The notes beneath the pieces are model-generated. The model ran no database searches, was not told where the DNA came from, and saw only the letters and a program-made list of their open reading frames with translations. A stretch of DNA of 64,000 nt, from NCBI GenBank assembly GCA_963668645.2, contig CAXXWC010000018.1:352001-416000 (forward strand). The letters run 5' to 3'. This DNA comes from Desulfobacterales bacterium (lineage in GTDB: Bacteria; Desulfobacterota; Desulfobacteria; Desulfobacterales; UBA2174). The position numbers and the translations under genes were made by a program. This document shows, one piece after another, positions 20,427 to 30,946 of this stretch. Position 1 is the first letter of the stretch; every line of letters begins with the position of its first letter.

Positions 20427-20553
20427 CGCTAACAATCCACTGCAGGACGACCCGGGGGATAGCGGCTTTTCGAAAGTGCTTGGTTTTGGAAAAAATTGGA
20501 CTTCGACAACCTGCTCGGCTATATGCCCCGGTCGGCTGAGCTACGCGTTGGCA
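20427..20553 (+). other. attC site 4 (long type, 127 bp)
   Basis: CGCTAAC (complement of GTTAGCG at 18321) ... CGACCCGGGG..ATAGC / GCTAT..CCCCGGTCG ... GTTGGCA. Confidence 0.8.
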
Positions 20554-20560
20554 AAAACAT

Positions 20561-20766
20561 ATGACAAATTCGAGGAAAGATGAGGAGTCTCAAATGGTAA
20601 AACATGATCCACAATGTGTGAAATGCACCGTTCTTCGATGTCGTTCCAAAGAAGAGGACAAAAAGGTTCCATCATTCTGCCCAACAGAAAAGTATCGTGG
20701 CTTAGTCGGTGAAACATTAGAAAAATTGATGCTGCCCGAAAACCAAGCCGTAAATATGGCCTGGAT
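20561..20766 (+). pseudogene. Truncated duplicate of the DUF1847 cassette (5' part only)
   Basis: Near-identical to 30947 onward (three substitutions seen over 20547-20766); cut at the IS1634 end. Confidence 0.9.
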
Positions 20767-22785
20767 CTTGCATTTCGCTCTTTGAAAAAGTGTATTCTTG
20801 ATTTTTTCGGATCTCAACTTGACCCCGGCATTTCGGCGATTTAGTGATAGAGACGGGTTGCGCCGCGTTTAGCTTGAGTCAGCCAGGTATTTATAGGAGA
20901 AGCATTCCCGGGGCACCTCCAAGACTGTTATGATTTCGCTTTGCAAGGCGGTTAGTTTCGAGACAAAACCGTAAGTGGTGCCGCTGGGTCCATGCATCGC
21001 CCCTTTGACAACATGTTCGAAGGCGGCCAGCAGGTGTTCGGCTTTCGGGTTGCGCACATCTTTGCGGTTGGGCATCAAGTCATCCAGCCCGCGGTCGCGC
21101 TGTTGGATGTTGATCCGAGCGGTTCTCTCGACCAGGACCACGATCTGCAGGGCAATTTTGAAAAGGAACAGATACGCCTCGATGCGCTCCGGGCGGTGCA
21201 GATAGATCGGCTTCAGATCGTAGGGACCTTTAGCGCGCCGGAAGGTATGCTCGTTTCGGTACTGGCCCTTGTGCTGGACCATGGCCTGCTGGATGCTCAA
21301 CTGTTCGGCATCCACGTCGGTCAACAGCGGATAATATCCACAGCGGTCCTGCGCGGCGGTAAAGACCGCCTGGTCAAAGTGGACCTGGATATCGAACAGA
21401 TCGCTGTGCACGGCCACCTTCTCGACGACCTTGCCAGCCGAGGGGCGTCCTCGGCCTTTGTATTTGTAGGTCACCAGGGCCTGGTAGTCGATGCGGTAGC
21501 TGAAAAAGTCTGCGGTACCGTATTTTGCCAAGATGGCATCTCAGGCCTTTTGGATCTGTTCTTCGGTTTTCGGCTTGCGTCCGTTGAGTTTGCCCCGGAG
21601 CGCTTCCAGGGCCTCTTTTGTCTGCTCGACACGCCGCTGCAGGTTCTGTCGTTTGGTCTGGGCCACGGCTTGATCGAAGATGATGATCATCCGTAGCCGG
21701 TAGTCCTTTTTGAGGTGCCGTACGACCATCGGGACCTCAAAACCCCGATTGAAGCGGCCCTTGTGAGGGATCAGGATTTCCCGGTCATGGTCGGCAACGG
21801 CGGCCTCAAAGTGTTCGGCAAAGCTTTCATACATGGGGACCGGGGCCAGAAAGTGGCCGCCGTTATCAATGATCGCGGCGATGTTGGCCCCGCTGATCAG
21901 CTTGCAGTCGGCCACGTAGAGAAAATCGGTCCGGTCCAGCAGGTCGATCAGGCGCTGCCACTGTTCGACATAGGTGGTCACATCGGCGGTGTTGCCGCTG
22001 TAGGCCTGTGAAAAGAGGGGAAAAGCACTGTCGTCACTGACCGACATCGACCAGATCAGCTGCTTGAGGTCGTCGCGGTGCTTTTTGCTGTGACCGAAGG
22101 TGATCTGGATGCCTTCGGGCGACGGGGTGGCTTTCCCATTGCCATAATAAGAGGCCGAGGTGGTATCGTTATGGCATACGTCGGTTTGGATCTGCCAGGC
22201 CTCGATCATGTGGCGGGTGATTTCCAGCTCCAGGTTTCCGAGCCCGTGACGATGGAGGGCATCAAGGCTGTCGGCGAGCCGGTCGTCGAAGTAGGCCTCT
22301 GCCGGGATGCCGGCAAGGACGGTATCGAGCACGGTGCTTTGCCTGGCAAAGGGGCAGATGCGATAAAGCTGCATGACCTGGAACAAGATGGCGGTGATCA
22401 TGGCCACGGCGGCCTGGCCATGGGTCAGGACTTTTCGCCGGGGGTCGATGGTTACCGAGTCGTCGATGATGCGGGCGATGGCGGCTTTTTCTAAGTAATA
22501 TCGGAGTATTGGTGCGAAGCCGATGTTCTGGGTAACGACATCATCGACGATACTGGAAACCGAATCGGTTAAGGCCATAAGAAGTTCCTCCGTAAGTTAT
22601 TGGAAGTACTTCTCTTTTTTCATATAAAAATCTAGTTTGATTTCTGATAGTTACACCGTATTATAGGTAGAAGGGAACAATTAAAAAGCAAAAAGATAAG
22701 TAAATCAGAGATTATCGTTGAAATTTGACGATTTTCGGTGTTTTTCTAATTTTCAGGTTACAACTGGCAACAAGCGAAATCTGAG
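20767..22785 (-). mobile_element. IS1634-family insertion sequence (ends approximate)
   Basis: Imperfect IRs CTTGCATTTCGCT / AGCGAAATCTGAG; no target duplication, flanks are unrelated remnants. Confidence 0.7.
20869..22578 (-). pseudogene. IS1634 transposase with in-frame TGA at 21541-21543
   Basis: HNDTTSASYYG, FGHSKKHRDDLKQ, YVADCKL, KGQYRNEHTFR..PIYLHRPERIEA; the two ORFs are in the same frame. Confidence 0.85.
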
Positions 22786-22909
22786 TTACATTGAGGTCTT
22801 CTACAACCGAAAAAGACGACACTCATCGATTCATTACGCAATCCCGCAAGAATATAAGAATTTCCTCCTTGCGGCTTAACCTCGTGTCCACTTTTTCGGG
22901 GCAAGATCA
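22786..22909 (+). mobile_element. IS3-family remnant (transposase C-terminus and right IR)
   Basis: Translates YIEVFYNRKRRHSSIHY..AA*; ends GTGTCCACTTTTTCGGGGCAAGATCA. Confidence 0.8.
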
Positions 22910-22972
22910 TAAATCAAATAAGATAAGAGTAATAATGATCTAAAAAAATTGGTTGATAGGGAGGCGCTAAAA

Positions 22973-25900
22973 ATGGCACGCATTGGAGATGATTCATGGG
23001 CACAGGGAAGGATTTCCCGTGCTAATCACAAGACAGAGACCAAGCTTGATCTTGATCACACGACGCTCATATCAGAGTTATGGTCTCTGGATGGGTATAC
23101 GCAGTGGCAATACCTAGGCATAGCGAACCAGAAATTAACTAAGTTGCCACAATCCCTTGCCCAATTTAAAAAATTAAGAGATTTAAATCTGTCTAACCAT
23201 CAGTTGACTACGTTACCAGAGTGGTTGGGAGAGCTTCCGGATCTACAGACCCTGATTCTGGACAATAATCGTGTGACTACCCTGCCTAGAACGCTGGTTC
23301 ACCTGCATGTATTGGATCTCCAGAACAATCAGCTAACTGATCTTCCAGAAACGCTGGAGTACATTACACAATTAAAAGTTTTGCATCTTGAAAATAATCA
23401 ATTAACTATCTTATCAGATATGATAGGAAACCTCAAGCAGCTACAAACACTCTGTCTTCAAAATAACAGACTGACAATCTTGCCAAATACATTTAGACAT
23501 CTTAATCAGTTACGAATATTGCACCTCGGATACAACAATTTCATCTCAGTGCCAGAAAGTCTGGAGCAACTTGCGCAATTGCAGGAACTATACTTGGATC
23601 ATAACCAGTTGATTGATCTCCCTGCATCGTTAGGCCAATTCACCGATTTACAGCGATTACATCTTAACCACAACAAACTAACCTCAATTCCGGAAGCATT
23701 AGGATATCTTTCGCAGTTGAAAAAATTGTATCTTCAAAGCAACAAATTAACAAACATACCGAAAAATATAAGTAAGCTCAGCCAGTTACGTGTCTTGAAT
23801 CTCGGATCAAACAATATGACAGCAGTGCCTGAGACATTGGGGTTACTAACACAATTGCAGGAACTAGACCTTTCTTATAATCAACTGGCTGATCTTCCTG
23901 CTTCATTAGGGCAACTTGAATATTTAAGTTCTCTTCGCCTTGACCGAAATCCTTTGAATCCTGAACTGGCCGCGGCTTATGAACATGGAGTGTTTGCAGT
24001 TAAGGCATATCTCCGAGCTAAAATAGAAGCACAGGTGGAATTGAACGAAGCTAAACTGATTTTAATCGGTGAGGGTGAAGTTGGTAAGAGTTCTCTATTA
24101 AATGCTTTACGAAACGGAGAATGGATCGAAGGGCGTCCTACGACCCACGGTATCGAAATCAAGCCTGTACATGTGACAGATCCAGATAGTGGTAAAGAGA
24201 TAATGCTGAATGGTTGGGATTTCGGTGGACAACAGATTTACCGTCCTACCCATCAGCTCTTTTTTAGTGCGCCTGCCGTTTATCTGGTGGTCTGGAAACC
24301 ACGAGAAGGATCTAATCAGGGGTTTGTGGACTACTGGATCACTCTTATCAAGCATCGGGCTGGTGAGGGAGCCAAAATAATCGTCGTCGCCACTCATGGT
24401 GGTCCTGGTCATAGACAACCAGATATTGATCAACAAGAATTGCATGACAAATTCGGTAGTGAAACAATTATAGACTTTTTTCATGTAGACAGCAAGCCTG
24501 ATAATACTGGTAAATCAAAGGGCATTCAGAAACTTAAAGATGCTATTGCCAGCATAGCTGCAAAACTTCCAGAGATGGGGTATTTAGTCCCCGAGAAATG
24601 GCAACTTGCAAAGGAGGCACTGCAAAAAGCAAAAGCGCCTTACTTACCCTACAATAAGGTTAGTGAAATCTGCCGCAAATATGGTATGGATGAGGTACAG
24701 GTAGATTTGTTTCTCAAAGTCTACCATACTCTTGGTCATTTTATTCATTACCATTATGATCCAATGTTACATGATATTGTAATCCTCAAACCCGATTGGC
24801 TGACTAAAGCAATTAGCTTTGTTCTAGATGATGAAGAGACTCGTTCCCGTCATGGGTTGGTGGACTTTGAACAATTGAGTCGTTTATGGAATGATCCTCG
24901 ACGAGGAGACGAAGAACATTATCCGTTGGCAGTTCATCCAATGTTTCTTAAACTAATGGAACGTTTCGATCTGTCATACCGTGTTGTGTTGCCAGACAAA
25001 TCTGTTACTAAAAATGAAAAAATTTCAGAAAGTTGGCTTTTAAAGAAAATTAGAGCTTCTATAGCCGAACTTTTTAATACAAAGAGAGGTGCAGGCTTAA
25101 ACGATCTCTGCCGCACCATCCTGATTGCCCAACTTGTGCCAGACACTCGACCAAAATGCTTGAAAAACTGGAAAGATGGGCCGGATTATGGAGAACGAGA
25201 GCAAATACAAATCTGCCACATTGTTGATAGGGAAAAGGGACAGCCCGCTATTGCAGAAGGATTGTTTTACCAATTAATCGTACGTCTACATAAATATTCG
25301 CTGGGGCGTGAAAACTACGAAGAAAGCGTTCATTGGCAACGAGGTTTAATGCTGGATGATAGCTATAACGGTCGAGCTCTTCTAGAATATATAGGAACAG
25401 ATGTCAAAATTACTGTACGGGCTGCATATCCGGAATTTTATTTATTCGAATTGACCAAAGAGGTTGACTGGCTGGTAGAGCATTTTTGGGAAGGCCTGCG
25501 CTGTGATACAATGGTCCCATGTACTGGTCCTTGCGGTCTCGGTAAACCTGGTCTTGGTTTGTTTGAAGTGAAAAAATTAATCGAAAGTAAACGTCAAGGT
25601 ATGTCCAAATTTCCCTGCATGGTTTCAGGATGTAATCAATGGCTTGATATTGACAGCCTGCTTAGAAATTCGGCTGCAGAAAACAAGGCAATGACTTTTT
25701 CAAATGAAGAGATTAATGACGTCAAACAGACTCTTGCAAAGGTGGTTCAAAATGAATTCAAGGTCAAAGATAATCGGGATCATAAACGATTCAAAGTTCT
25801 GACTCAAAATCAACGGACTATCATGAGCCGGGTAGACCAGCAATTTTCTACATTACTTCATGTTTTTGCTGATGAAGCCAAAGAAGGGCCCCGCCTGTTT

Positions 25901-26434
25901 AGCTTCCAGCCAGTGGAACCAGGATTTTTCGAACGACCAACCTGGGTCAGTGCGAAGTTCTGCTTGACCCTTTGGTGTGAACACTCGCGGAAGCCATTAC
26001 CTGTGCTAAACGTCAAAAATCCTAAACAAGGAGTTTATGAATTAACAATACCTAAAGAATGGCTTATAAAGGCCGCACCATATTTTAAATTTGTGGTAGC
26101 AACTCTAAGCTTGGTTCTGCCTGTGGCAGTCTCAACTGCAAAATTCGCTCTGGATAATACTACTTATAATAGTATTCAAAAAGAATTGGATCTTGGGCAG
26201 AAAAGTCTTGATTTTAGTATTAAAAGCGGTACAAAAGTAGCAGATTGGTTAGGACAAGGTAGTGCCTCTGCCGATTGGGAACATGGCGAAGCTATCTGCG
26301 CTCAAGGTGCACTTTTACGAGAGATGCATGTTCTACTACGAGAAAAAGATCCTGGTTTTGGAGGTTTGGTACGTGTCCAAAATAAACGGCGTGAATTTTT
26401 ATGGGTGCATCCGTGGTTTGTGGAGGAATATTAA
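22973..26434 (+). CDS. Roco protein: LRR repeats + Roc GTPase + COR + C-terminal domain
   Basis: About a dozen 23-aa LRRs; LIGEGEVGKSS P-loop, TTHGI, WDFGGQQIYRPTHQLFF; VILKPDWL and LMERFDL COR motifs; GGAGG RBS before ATG 22973. Confidence 0.92.
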   Translation: MARIGDDSWAQGRISRANHKTETKLDLDHTTLISELWSLDGYTQWQYLGIANQKLTKLPQSLAQFKKLRDLNLSNHQLTTLPEWLGELPDLQTLILDNNRVTTLPRTLVHLHVLDLQNNQLTDLPETLEYITQLKVLHLENNQLTILSDMIGNLKQLQTLCLQNNRLTILPNTFRHLNQLRILHLGYNNFISVPESLEQLAQLQELYLDHNQLIDLPASLGQFTDLQRLHLNHNKLTSIPEALGYLSQLKKLYLQSNKLTNIPKNISKLSQLRVLNLGSNNMTAVPETLGLLTQLQELDLSYNQLADLPASLGQLEYLSSLRLDRNPLNPELAAAYEHGVFAVKAYLRAKIEAQVELNEAKLILIGEGEVGKSSLLNALRNGEWIEGRPTTHGIEIKPVHVTDPDSGKEIMLNGWDFGGQQIYRPTHQLFFSAPAVYLVVWKPREGSNQGFVDYWITLIKHRAGEGAKIIVVATHGGPGHRQPDIDQQELHDKFGSETIIDFFHVDSKPDNTGKSKGIQKLKDAIASIAAKLPEMGYLVPEKWQLAKEALQKAKAPYLPYNKVSEICRKYGMDEVQVDLFLKVYHTLGHFIHYHYDPMLHDIVILKPDWLTKAISFVLDDEETRSRHGLVDFEQLSRLWNDPRRGDEEHYPLAVHPMFLKLMERFDLSYRVVLPDKSVTKNEKISESWLLKKIRASIAELFNTKRGAGLNDLCRTILIAQLVPDTRPKCLKNWKDGPDYGEREQIQICHIVDREKGQPAIAEGLFYQLIVRLHKYSLGRENYEESVHWQRGLMLDDSYNGRALLEYIGTDVKITVRAAYPEFYLFELTKEVDWLVEHFWEGLRCDTMVPCTGPCGLGKPGLGLFEVKKLIESKRQGMSKFPCMVSGCNQWLDIDSLLRNSAAENKAMTFSNEEINDVKQTLAKVVQNEFKVKDNRDHKRFKVLTQNQRTIMSRVDQQFSTLLHVFADEAKEGPRLFSFQPVEPGFFERPTWVSAKFCLTLWCEHSRKPLPVLNVKNPKQGVYELTIPKEWLIKAAPYFKFVVATLSLVLPVAVSTAKFALDNTTYNSIQKELDLGQKSLDFSIKSGTKVADWLGQGSASADWEHGEAICAQGALLREMHVLLREKDPGFGGLVRVQNKRREFLWVHPWFVEEY

Positions 26435-26982
26435 GGGTAAAGGGACTTCCAACTCGGCCACAACGAACGCGATCCCAAAAATCCCCAAGACGGTCGCCAA
26501 AATCATCCACAACTTTGGGCGCACCGATCAGCTCTGTCAGGTGTTCGCTACGCCGTCGAGCGGGGAGAACGGATTGCAACAGAACGCAGGTTGATACTTG
26601 ATGAGAATTAGTTGTTTTGGCTCTTCGCTGTTTCGTGTGGGTGGATTTGGTTTGCGAGGGACCTCGACCTGGGTTAGAGTTGCCGCATTATGAAAGAGAC
26701 TGATCTTCTACAAAAAGCGTTAGGGCTGGCGGATCCATGGAAAGTGGTTTCCGTCAATTTTGATTCAGCCAAGGGACGGTTGGACATCGAAATCGATTTC
26801 GAAAAGGGTGCCACATTTGATTGTCCGTCTTGCGGTGTGGCCGGGTGTAAGGCCCATGATACTGAGTTCAAGGATTGGCGGTGTCACTGGTAATGCAAAA
26901 ATGTACCAAAAAAGGGAATGAAAAGTGTACCACCTCCGTGGCCGGATCATGGTAGGACCCTCCAAGAAAGGAGGGCTTCGCC

Positions 26983-28257
26983 ATGATCGCAAGGGAGGTC
27001 TTCATGGACATTCTTTCCTATTACCGCCAAGGGTTGTCTCAGCGAGCCATCTCGCGAAAGCTTGGCATTCACCGCGACACGGTAAAAAAGTATATCTCTC
27101 AGCCCCAGGCGCCGGAGTACTCAAAAACCAGCAAAAGGGAGTCGATCCTGGCGCCGTTCTACCAGATGATTGAAGACTGGCTGGCCCAAGATGACTATCG
27201 GGCTGCCTGGATCTTCCAGAGGATCAAAGATCTTGGATATTCAGGCAGCTACGATACGGTCAAGCCGTTTGTGCGATCCATCAAAGCCCGCAACCGGCGC
27301 CAGGCCTACCTGCGCTTCGAGACCGTGCCCGGGCTCCAGGGGCAGGTCGATTGGGGCGATTTCAAGGTCAGTGCGGCCGGCGCCGTGGATCTGACGCTTT
27401 ACCTCTTTGTCCTCGTATTAGGCTTTTCGCGCGCCATGTATGCCGAATTCGTCAGCCAATGCACCCTCCAAGCATTCATGGATGCCCACATACACGCCTT
27501 TAAATACCTGTGCGGTGTGCCTTTCGAGCTGCTCTACGACAACATGCGCAACGTCTTTTCCGGCCGTCAGAACGCAAAGCCGGTCATCAACGTCGAGTTT
27601 ACGCATTTTGCCAACCACTACGGTTTCAAGCCGATCCTCTGTGCGCCTTACAGCCCCTGGGTCAAGGGAAAGGTGGAACGGCCGATGGACTACATCCGCG
27701 AAGCCTTCTGGAGAGGCTACCGCTTTACCAGCCTGGAGGCGGCCAACCACGATCTTCTACAGTGGCTTTCCCAGACGGCCAACCGGCGCACACACGGCAC
27801 CCACCGCCAGCCGGTGGACATGCGCTGGCAGCAGGAGGTCAAGAGCCTCAGCCCGGTCATGCCCGACTACGACACCGCCATCAAGGTCTATCGCAAGGTC
27901 TACAAGGACTGCATGGTCTCCTACAACGCCAGCCGCTACCAAGTCCCTCCGGAAGCGGTGGGCAAGAAAGTGTTGTTGAAGATCAAAGACGGCGCCGTGC
28001 GGATTTACGACGACGACCGGCTGCTCAAGACCTATGCCCAGAGCGATGAAAAGGGCCGATGGATGACCGATCCGGCCATCATCAAGCAGATCCTCGATCT
28101 GCGCCGCGAACAGCCCTGTCAGCCGCCCTACGGCCGCCCCAAGGGCAAAGCCACCCGCGGCCTAGTCAACGCCAGTCTCTTTCCCCAGGTAGCCTGTCGG
28201 CCGCTGTCCGAGTATGAACAGTTTGCCCAGAAAGGAGGCGGGGTATGGACCAGCTGA
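26983..28257 (+). CDS. istA: IS21 transposase IstA
   Basis: N-terminal HTH, RFETVPGLQGQVDWG, LLYDNM, KGKVER. Confidence 0.95.
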   Translation: MIAREVFMDILSYYRQGLSQRAISRKLGIHRDTVKKYISQPQAPEYSKTSKRESILAPFYQMIEDWLAQDDYRAAWIFQRIKDLGYSGSYDTVKPFVRSIKARNRRQAYLRFETVPGLQGQVDWGDFKVSAAGAVDLTLYLFVLVLGFSRAMYAEFVSQCTLQAFMDAHIHAFKYLCGVPFELLYDNMRNVFSGRQNAKPVINVEFTHFANHYGFKPILCAPYSPWVKGKVERPMDYIREAFWRGYRFTSLEAANHDLLQWLSQTANRRTHGTHRQPVDMRWQQEVKSLSPVMPDYDTAIKVYRKVYKDCMVSYNASRYQVPPEAVGKKVLLKIKDGAVRIYDDDRLLKTYAQSDEKGRWMTDPAIIKQILDLRREQPCQPPYGRPKGKATRGLVNASLFPQVACRPLSEYEQFAQKGGGVWTS

Positions 28258-29030
28258 TTAGCGACCGTCTGCGGGACAATCTGCAGCGGCTCAAGCTCAC
28301 CCAGGCGGCTGATGTTCTGGACTCGGTCCTCTCCCAGGCCGAGGCCGAAAAGGGCTCGTACCTGTCGTTCCTCGACCACCTGCTGGAGGAGGAAGTCGCG
28401 GCCAAGGAAAAGCGCCGGGTGCAAACCGCCATGAAAACCGCCGGCTTGCCGGCCGCCAAAACCATCGACGCCTACGACTTTACTTTCCATCCGGATCTGA
28501 ACAAAAAGGAGGTGATGACCCTGTTCGATTTGGACTTTATCGCCAAGCATGAAAATGTGATCTTTCTCGGGCCGCCGGGGGTGGGTAAAACCCATCTGGC
28601 CATCTCGCTGGCGACCAAAGCGTGCCATCACGGTTTCAAGGTCTATTTCACCACGATGGACACGCTGATGCGCAAGCTCAAGGAATCGCAGTCCCGGCAC
28701 AAGGCCTATCTGACCTCGCCGCTGGTGGTGGTCGACGAGGTGGGCTATCTGCCCATCGACAGCCGGGAGGCGTATCTGTTCTTCCAGTTCGTCTCCCATC
28801 GCTACGAGCGCAGCTCGACGATCATTACCTCGAACAAGAGCTTTATCGACTGGAAGGAACTGTTCGGCGACCAGGTGATCGCCACGGCCATTCTCGACCG
28901 GCTGCTGCACCACTGCCGCGTGGTCAACATCAAAGGACACAGCTATCGGCTCAGGAAACACAATTTTTCAAAGAACGAGTTCGGACGCCACCCGGTTCCG
29001 CCGGCAGCGGCCCAGGAGGCACGGAATTAA
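28245..29030 (+). CDS. istB: IS21 helper ATPase IstB
   Basis: GPPGVGKTHLA, VVDEVGY, ITSNK, AILDRLLHH. Confidence 0.95.
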   Translation: MDQLISDRLRDNLQRLKLTQAADVLDSVLSQAEAEKGSYLSFLDHLLEEEVAAKEKRRVQTAMKTAGLPAAKTIDAYDFTFHPDLNKKEVMTLFDLDFIAKHENVIFLGPPGVGKTHLAISLATKACHHGFKVYFTTMDTLMRKLKESQSRHKAYLTSPLVVVDEVGYLPIDSREAYLFFQFVSHRYERSSTIITSNKSFIDWKELFGDQVIATAILDRLLHHCRVVNIKGHSYRLRKHNFSKNEFGRHPVPPAAAQEARN

Positions 29031-29818
29031 CCAGCGCGGTGGTACACTTTTATTTTCCCATAACTGGTACACTTTTCATTCCCATTGACAGGCGGCATCT
29101 GAACTTTTTCCAGCATGAGACCTACCTGCCGGCCCGGGTGCCTCGGGCGGGGTGTTCGGATTGTGGCCCGCACGTCGTCGATTTGCCCTGGGCGAGGCTT
29201 GGCAGCGGCTTTACCCTGCTGTTCGAGGCATTTATCATGACGTTGGCCAAGCAGATGCCGGTCAACGCGATAGCCCGTCTGGTGGGCGAGCACGACACAC
29301 GGTTATGGCGGATATTGAAGCATTACGTAGATGAGGCCCGAAAGCACTTAGACATGTCTGAAGCGCACCGTGCGGGAGTGGATGAGACCTCACGCAAAAA
29401 GCACCACCAGTATGTCAGTGTGGTGATGGATCTGGATCAATCGAGTGTGCTGTATGCCACGGAAGGCAAGGGAGCGGAGGTGATTGAATCGTTTGCCCAG
29501 GATCTGGAGGCTCACGGCGGGGATCGCAGCAACATCGAGGAGGTCTGCTGCGACATGTCACCGGCGTTTATCAGTGGAGTGAAACAGTATTTGCCTGAGG
29601 CGCAACTGACCTTTGACAAATTTCATGTCTTAAAAGTGATCAACGAAGCAGTGGATAAGGCACGGGCTCGTGGCTATCGTTCAGCACGCAATTTCATTAC
29701 GATGATCTACATCATTGCGGGCAAGCTCGAATTCGATTTACCCACATGAAACAGCGAAGAGCCGTTGTTTTCTTAACATCGTCCCAACCCGTTCTCAATG
29801 GAAAGGATTGGAGAGGGT

Positions 29819-30097
29819 ATTGCATTACCGAGATCAGGAACGAAAGGAAAAGATTAAATAAAGATTAATGAAGATAAATGTACTGGTTATGGATTATGTG
29901 TATCTGTTTGCAAAGATTTCAGCTTAAGAATAGAAAACCAGAAAGTCAAACTCGTCGATACTCCGTTATTCGGGTGTATTGCTTGCGTGCATTGTATGGT
30001 TATCTGTCCATCGAGCGATATAAAGGTCTACGGACAAACACAATCGCCGGGTGATATGTTCGATATTCCTGATAAAGAGAAAATAGCAACATATGGG
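29819..30097 (+). pseudogene. Fragment of a 4Fe-4S ferredoxin-domain (nitroreductase-type) gene
   Basis: Manual translation ..KD*IKINEDKCTGYGLCVSVCKD..FGCIACVHCMVICP..; internal stop, lost start, 3' truncated. Confidence 0.7.
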
Positions 30098-30101
30098 AGA
30101 G

Positions 30102-30403
30102 AGGGACGATGTTCAGTAACCAAGTAAATTGACGACAGAACCGAGATGAGCTAACCTGTAACCATGCCGAGAAGCGCCCGTCTGGGAAAACAGGGACGAT
30201 GTTCAGTAACCAAGTAAATTGGCGACGGAACCGTGATGAGATTACCTGTAACTGTCGTCGGCAGAGCTTGCACGACAATTTTTCATGACGGTGGCAGATG
30301 CCGGTTACGCCGTAGAGCAGGGAGGACTGATCGCAACAGAACGTAGGTTGATGATTGATGAGGATTAATTGTTATCTTAACATCGTTCCCATCCGCGTCC
30401 CCC
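30102..30403. repeat. MITE-like non-coding element with GGGACGATGTT / AACATCGT(T)CCC ends; left ~60 bp duplicated
   Basis: AGGGACGATGTTCAGTAACCAAGTAAATTG at 30102 and 30192; 3' ~90 bp resembles 26549-26618 + 29772-29786. Confidence 0.6.
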
Positions 30404-30478
30404 GTCTATGGCTGTGCGGAGAACGCTGGGTGACCAGCGTTCCTGCCGTGAGAGCTACTTCAAAGGAGCGACCATAAT

Positions 30479-30853
30479 ATGAACAACGAAACGATTGTAA
30501 GTCTTGAACAAAAACTTGAAGCCGCGATGTTGAGTTCTGACGTAATGATGCTGGACAATTTGTTAGATGATGAACTCGTTTTCACGAATCATATTGGTCA
30601 GCAAACAACAAAACAAATGGATATAGAAGCACATCGTTCTGGATTTGTAAAAATTGAGTCAATCAAACAGTCAAACCAAACTGTGAATCTTTTTGAAAAT
30701 GTAGCTATTGTCACGGTATTGTCCGAGATCTGCGGTTCGTTCGGAGAGATTCGTTCTACTGTAAAGATCCATTTCACTAGAGTATGGCATAAAAAACACG
30801 ATGATGAGTATAAATTGATTGCGGTTCATTCGAGCCTACATGAAAATTCTTGA
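30479..30853 (+). CDS. DUF4440 / NTF2-like protein cassette
   Basis: LDNLLDDELVFTNHIG, FTRVW..AVHSS; AAGGAG RBS; followed by attC5. Confidence 0.8.
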   Translation: MNNETIVSLEQKLEAAMLSSDVMMLDNLLDDELVFTNHIGQQTTKQMDIEAHRSGFVKIESIKQSNQTVNLFENVAIVTVLSEICGSFGEIRSTVKIHFTRVWHKKHDDEYKLIAVHSSLHENS

Positions 30854-30862
30854 AAAAAATTG

Positions 30863-30939
30863 CGCTAACAAGCGTTTGAATTATGACACCTGACCGCGGA
30901 TTCCCGCAGTCAGGTGCCCGTGAAAACGCGTGGTTAGCA
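30863..30939 (+). other. attC site 5
   Basis: CGCTAAC-AAGCGTTT..CACCTGAC..GTCAGGTG..AAACGCGTG-GTTAGCA. Confidence 0.85.
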
Positions 30940-30946
30940 AAAACAT

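Larger units (their letters stand above)
18342..20432 (+). pseudogene. GNAT acetyltransferase cassette 4, interrupted near its 3' end by IS701
   Basis: FQNQGVGKLLM, LSVQKENYAVKMY; removing the IS restores ..EDYIMLLNLVDEINHSTKSIR* with its stop inside CGCTAAC of attC4. Confidence 0.85.
26882..29090 (+). mobile_element. IS21-family insertion sequence, apparently intact
   Basis: TGTCA...TGACA ends with repeated GTACCA boxes; 5-bp target duplication GGCGG. Confidence 0.95.
26690..29749 (+). pseudogene. ISL3 transposase split by IS21
   Basis: CPSCG zinc finger; DWR|HLNFFQH rejoins across IS21; GVDETS, CCDMSPAF, FDKFHV, then jumps directly to ARARGYRS. Confidence 0.88.
26619..29763 (+). mobile_element. 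ISL3-family element, internally deleted and interrupted by IS21
   Basis: IRs GGCTCTTCGCTGTTTC / GAAACAGCGAAGAGCC; 8-bp target duplication GTTGTTTT; 931 bp once IS21 is removed. Confidence 0.92.

Noticed and set aside
26435..26610. attC after the Roco gene (TTCCAAC at 26447)
   Set aside because: No complementary arm or GTTRRRY forming an attC hairpin was found
28622..29749. 375-aa ORF as one gene
   Set aside because: Chimera of an alternative istB frame and the ISL3 transposase 3' half across the IS21 end
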